Below are positions 62,178-64,000 of a stretch of 64,000 nt of DNA, piece by piece. The stretch is taken from contig JANJGN010000005.1 in the NCBI GenBank assembly GCA_026770705.1, forward strand, positions 47,678,001 through 47,742,000, given 5' to 3'. The notes beneath the pieces are model-generated. The model was given only the letters and a program-made list of their open reading frames with translations, searched no databases and was not told where the DNA came from. Numbering within the stretch: position 1 is the first letter of the stretch; every line of letters starts with the position of its first letter. The stretch is from Isurus oxyrinchus. Taxonomy: Eukaryota. The position numbers and the translations under genes are program-made.

Positions 62178-64000
62178 CTAAAAGCAAAAAACTGTGGATG
62201 CTGGAAATCTAATACAAAAACAAAAATAGAAATACCTGGAAAAACTCAGCAGGTCTGACAGCATCTGCGGAGAGGAGCACATTTAACGTTTCGAGTCCAT
62301 ATGACTCTTCAACAGAATTAAAGAAAAAGAGGTGAAATATAAGCTGGTTTAAGGGGGGAGGGGCGGTGGGACAGGTAGAGCTGGATAGAGGGCCAGTGAT
62401 AGGTGGAGATAGCCAAAAGATGTCACAGACAAAAGGACAAAGAGTTGTTGATGGTGGTGATATTATCTAAGAAATGTGCTAATAGGTGACATTAAGGGTA
62501 GAAAGCAGGACAAACAAGGTAAAGAAAGCGCTAGTGGGGGTGGGGTGGGGTGAAAGGATCGAAATAGGCTAAAAGGTAGTGATAAAACAATGGATGGAAA
62601 TACATTTAATAATGGAAATAGGGGGGAAAAGAAAAATCTATATAAATTATTGGAAAAAAGGGGAATCGGAAAGGGGGTGGGGATGGAGGAGAGAGTTCAT
62701 GATCTAAAATTGTTGAACTCAATATTCAGTCCAGAAGGCTGTAAAGTGTCTAGTCGGAAGATGAGGTGTTGTTCCTCCAGTTTGCGTTGAGCTTCACTGG
62801 AACAATGCAGCAGGCCAAGGACGGACATGTGGGCATAAGAGCAGGGTGGAGTGTTGAAATGGCAAGCGATAGGGAGGTCTGGGTCATGCTTGCGGACAGA
62901 CTGAAGGTGTTCCGCAAAGCAGTCACCCAGTCTGCGTTTGGTCTCTCCAATGTAGAGGAAACCACATTGGGAGCAACGAATGCAGTAGACTAAGTTGAGG
63001 GAAGTGCAAGTGAAATGCTGCTTCACTTGAAAGGAGTGTTTGGGCCCTTGGACGGTGAGAAGAGGGGAAGTAAAGGGGCAGGTTGCATGGGAAGGTGCCA
63101 TGGGAGGTGGTTGAGCTGTAGGGGGTGATGGAGGAGTGGACCAGGGTGTCCCGGAGGGAATGATCTCTGCGCAATGCCACCGGGGGCTGGGGGGCGAGTG
63201 GGGTGAAGGGAAGATATGTTTGGTGGTGGCATTACCCTGGAGTTGGCGGAAATGGCAGCGGATGATCCTTTGAATGCGGAGGCTGGTGGGGTGATAAGTG
63301 AGGACAAGGGGGACCCTATCATGGTTCTGGGAGGGAGAGGAAAGTATGAGGACGGATGTGCGGGAGATGGGCCGGACACGGTTGAGAGCCCTGTCAACAA
63401 CCGTGGGTGGAAAACCTCGGTTAAGGAAGAAGGAGGACATGTCAGAGGAACTGTTTTTGAAAGTAACATCATCAGAACAGATGTGACAGAGGCGGAGGAA
63501 CTGAGAGAATGGGATGGAGTCCTTACAGGAAGCGGGGTGTGAGGAGCTGTAGTCGAGGTAGCTGTGGGAGTCGGTGGGTTTGTAATGGATATTGGTGGAC
63601 AGTCTATCACCAGAGATTGAGACAGAGAGGTCAAGGAAGGGAAGTGTCAGAGATGGACCATGTGAAAATGATGGAGGGTTAGAAATTGGAAGCAAAATTA
63701 ATAATTTTTTCCAGGTCCAGACGAGGGCATGAAGCAGCACCAAAGCAGTCATCGATATACCATAGAAAGAGTTGTGGGAGGGGACCGGAGTAGGACTGGA
63801 ACAAGAAATGTTCCACATACCTCATAAAGAGACAGGCTTAACTGGGGCCCATGCGGGTACCCATAGGCACACATTTTATTTGGAGGAAGTGAGACGAGTT
63901 TCAGGAGAAATTGTTCAGTGAGAGAACAAGCTCAGCCAGACGGAGGAGAGTAGTGGTGGATGGGGATTGTTCGGGCCTCTGTTCGAGGAAGAAACGGAGA
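62178..64000 (-). mobile_element. Penelope-like retroelement (RT C-terminus, GIY-YIG endonuclease, 3' pLTR), continuing beyond the window
   Basis: GTRMGP and YIDDCFG RT motifs; LPFLDL...YKPTDSHSYL; VYCIRCSQCGFLYIGETKRRLGDCFAEHL...PSGLN; frameshifted. Confidence 0.93.
62281..62319 (-). ncRNA. Minimal hammerhead motif in the pLTR of the coding Penelope (CUGUUGA variant)
   Basis: Minus strand reads AUU CUGUUGA A GAGUC-AUAUG-GACUC GAAAC GUU AAAU. Confidence 0.62.

Overview
Vertebrate nuclear DNA, most likely from a cartilaginous fish. This assignment is inferred from the repeat repertoire. The window is intronic or intergenic and is dominated by decayed, heavily nested transposons. These include CR1 LINEs, a second CR1/L2-group LINE, RTE and Vingi/Ingi-like LINEs, Penelope-like elements, PIF/Harbinger elements and their MITEs, a hAT-type element, tRNA/Deu-domain SINEs and LTR remnants. 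No intact, recognisable host gene is present, but six small phase-compatible minus-strand exons (36717 down to 15356) may belong to an unidentified gene. The main highlights are four. (1) Short Penelope-end insertions with 11-14 bp target-site duplications (TSDs) carry a minimal hammerhead ribozyme with a recurrent CUGUYGA core; one is a spacer-less palindrome with 105 bp arms. (2) A fossil viral fusion-glycoprotein (env-like) ORF has a furin site that can be restored by reversing two CpG transitions. (3) A convergent two-gene Harbinger has a spliced Myb/SANT gene. (4) A MITE family is built from stacked internal palindromes. All calls were made by eye, and most boundaries are approximate unless a TSD is quoted.
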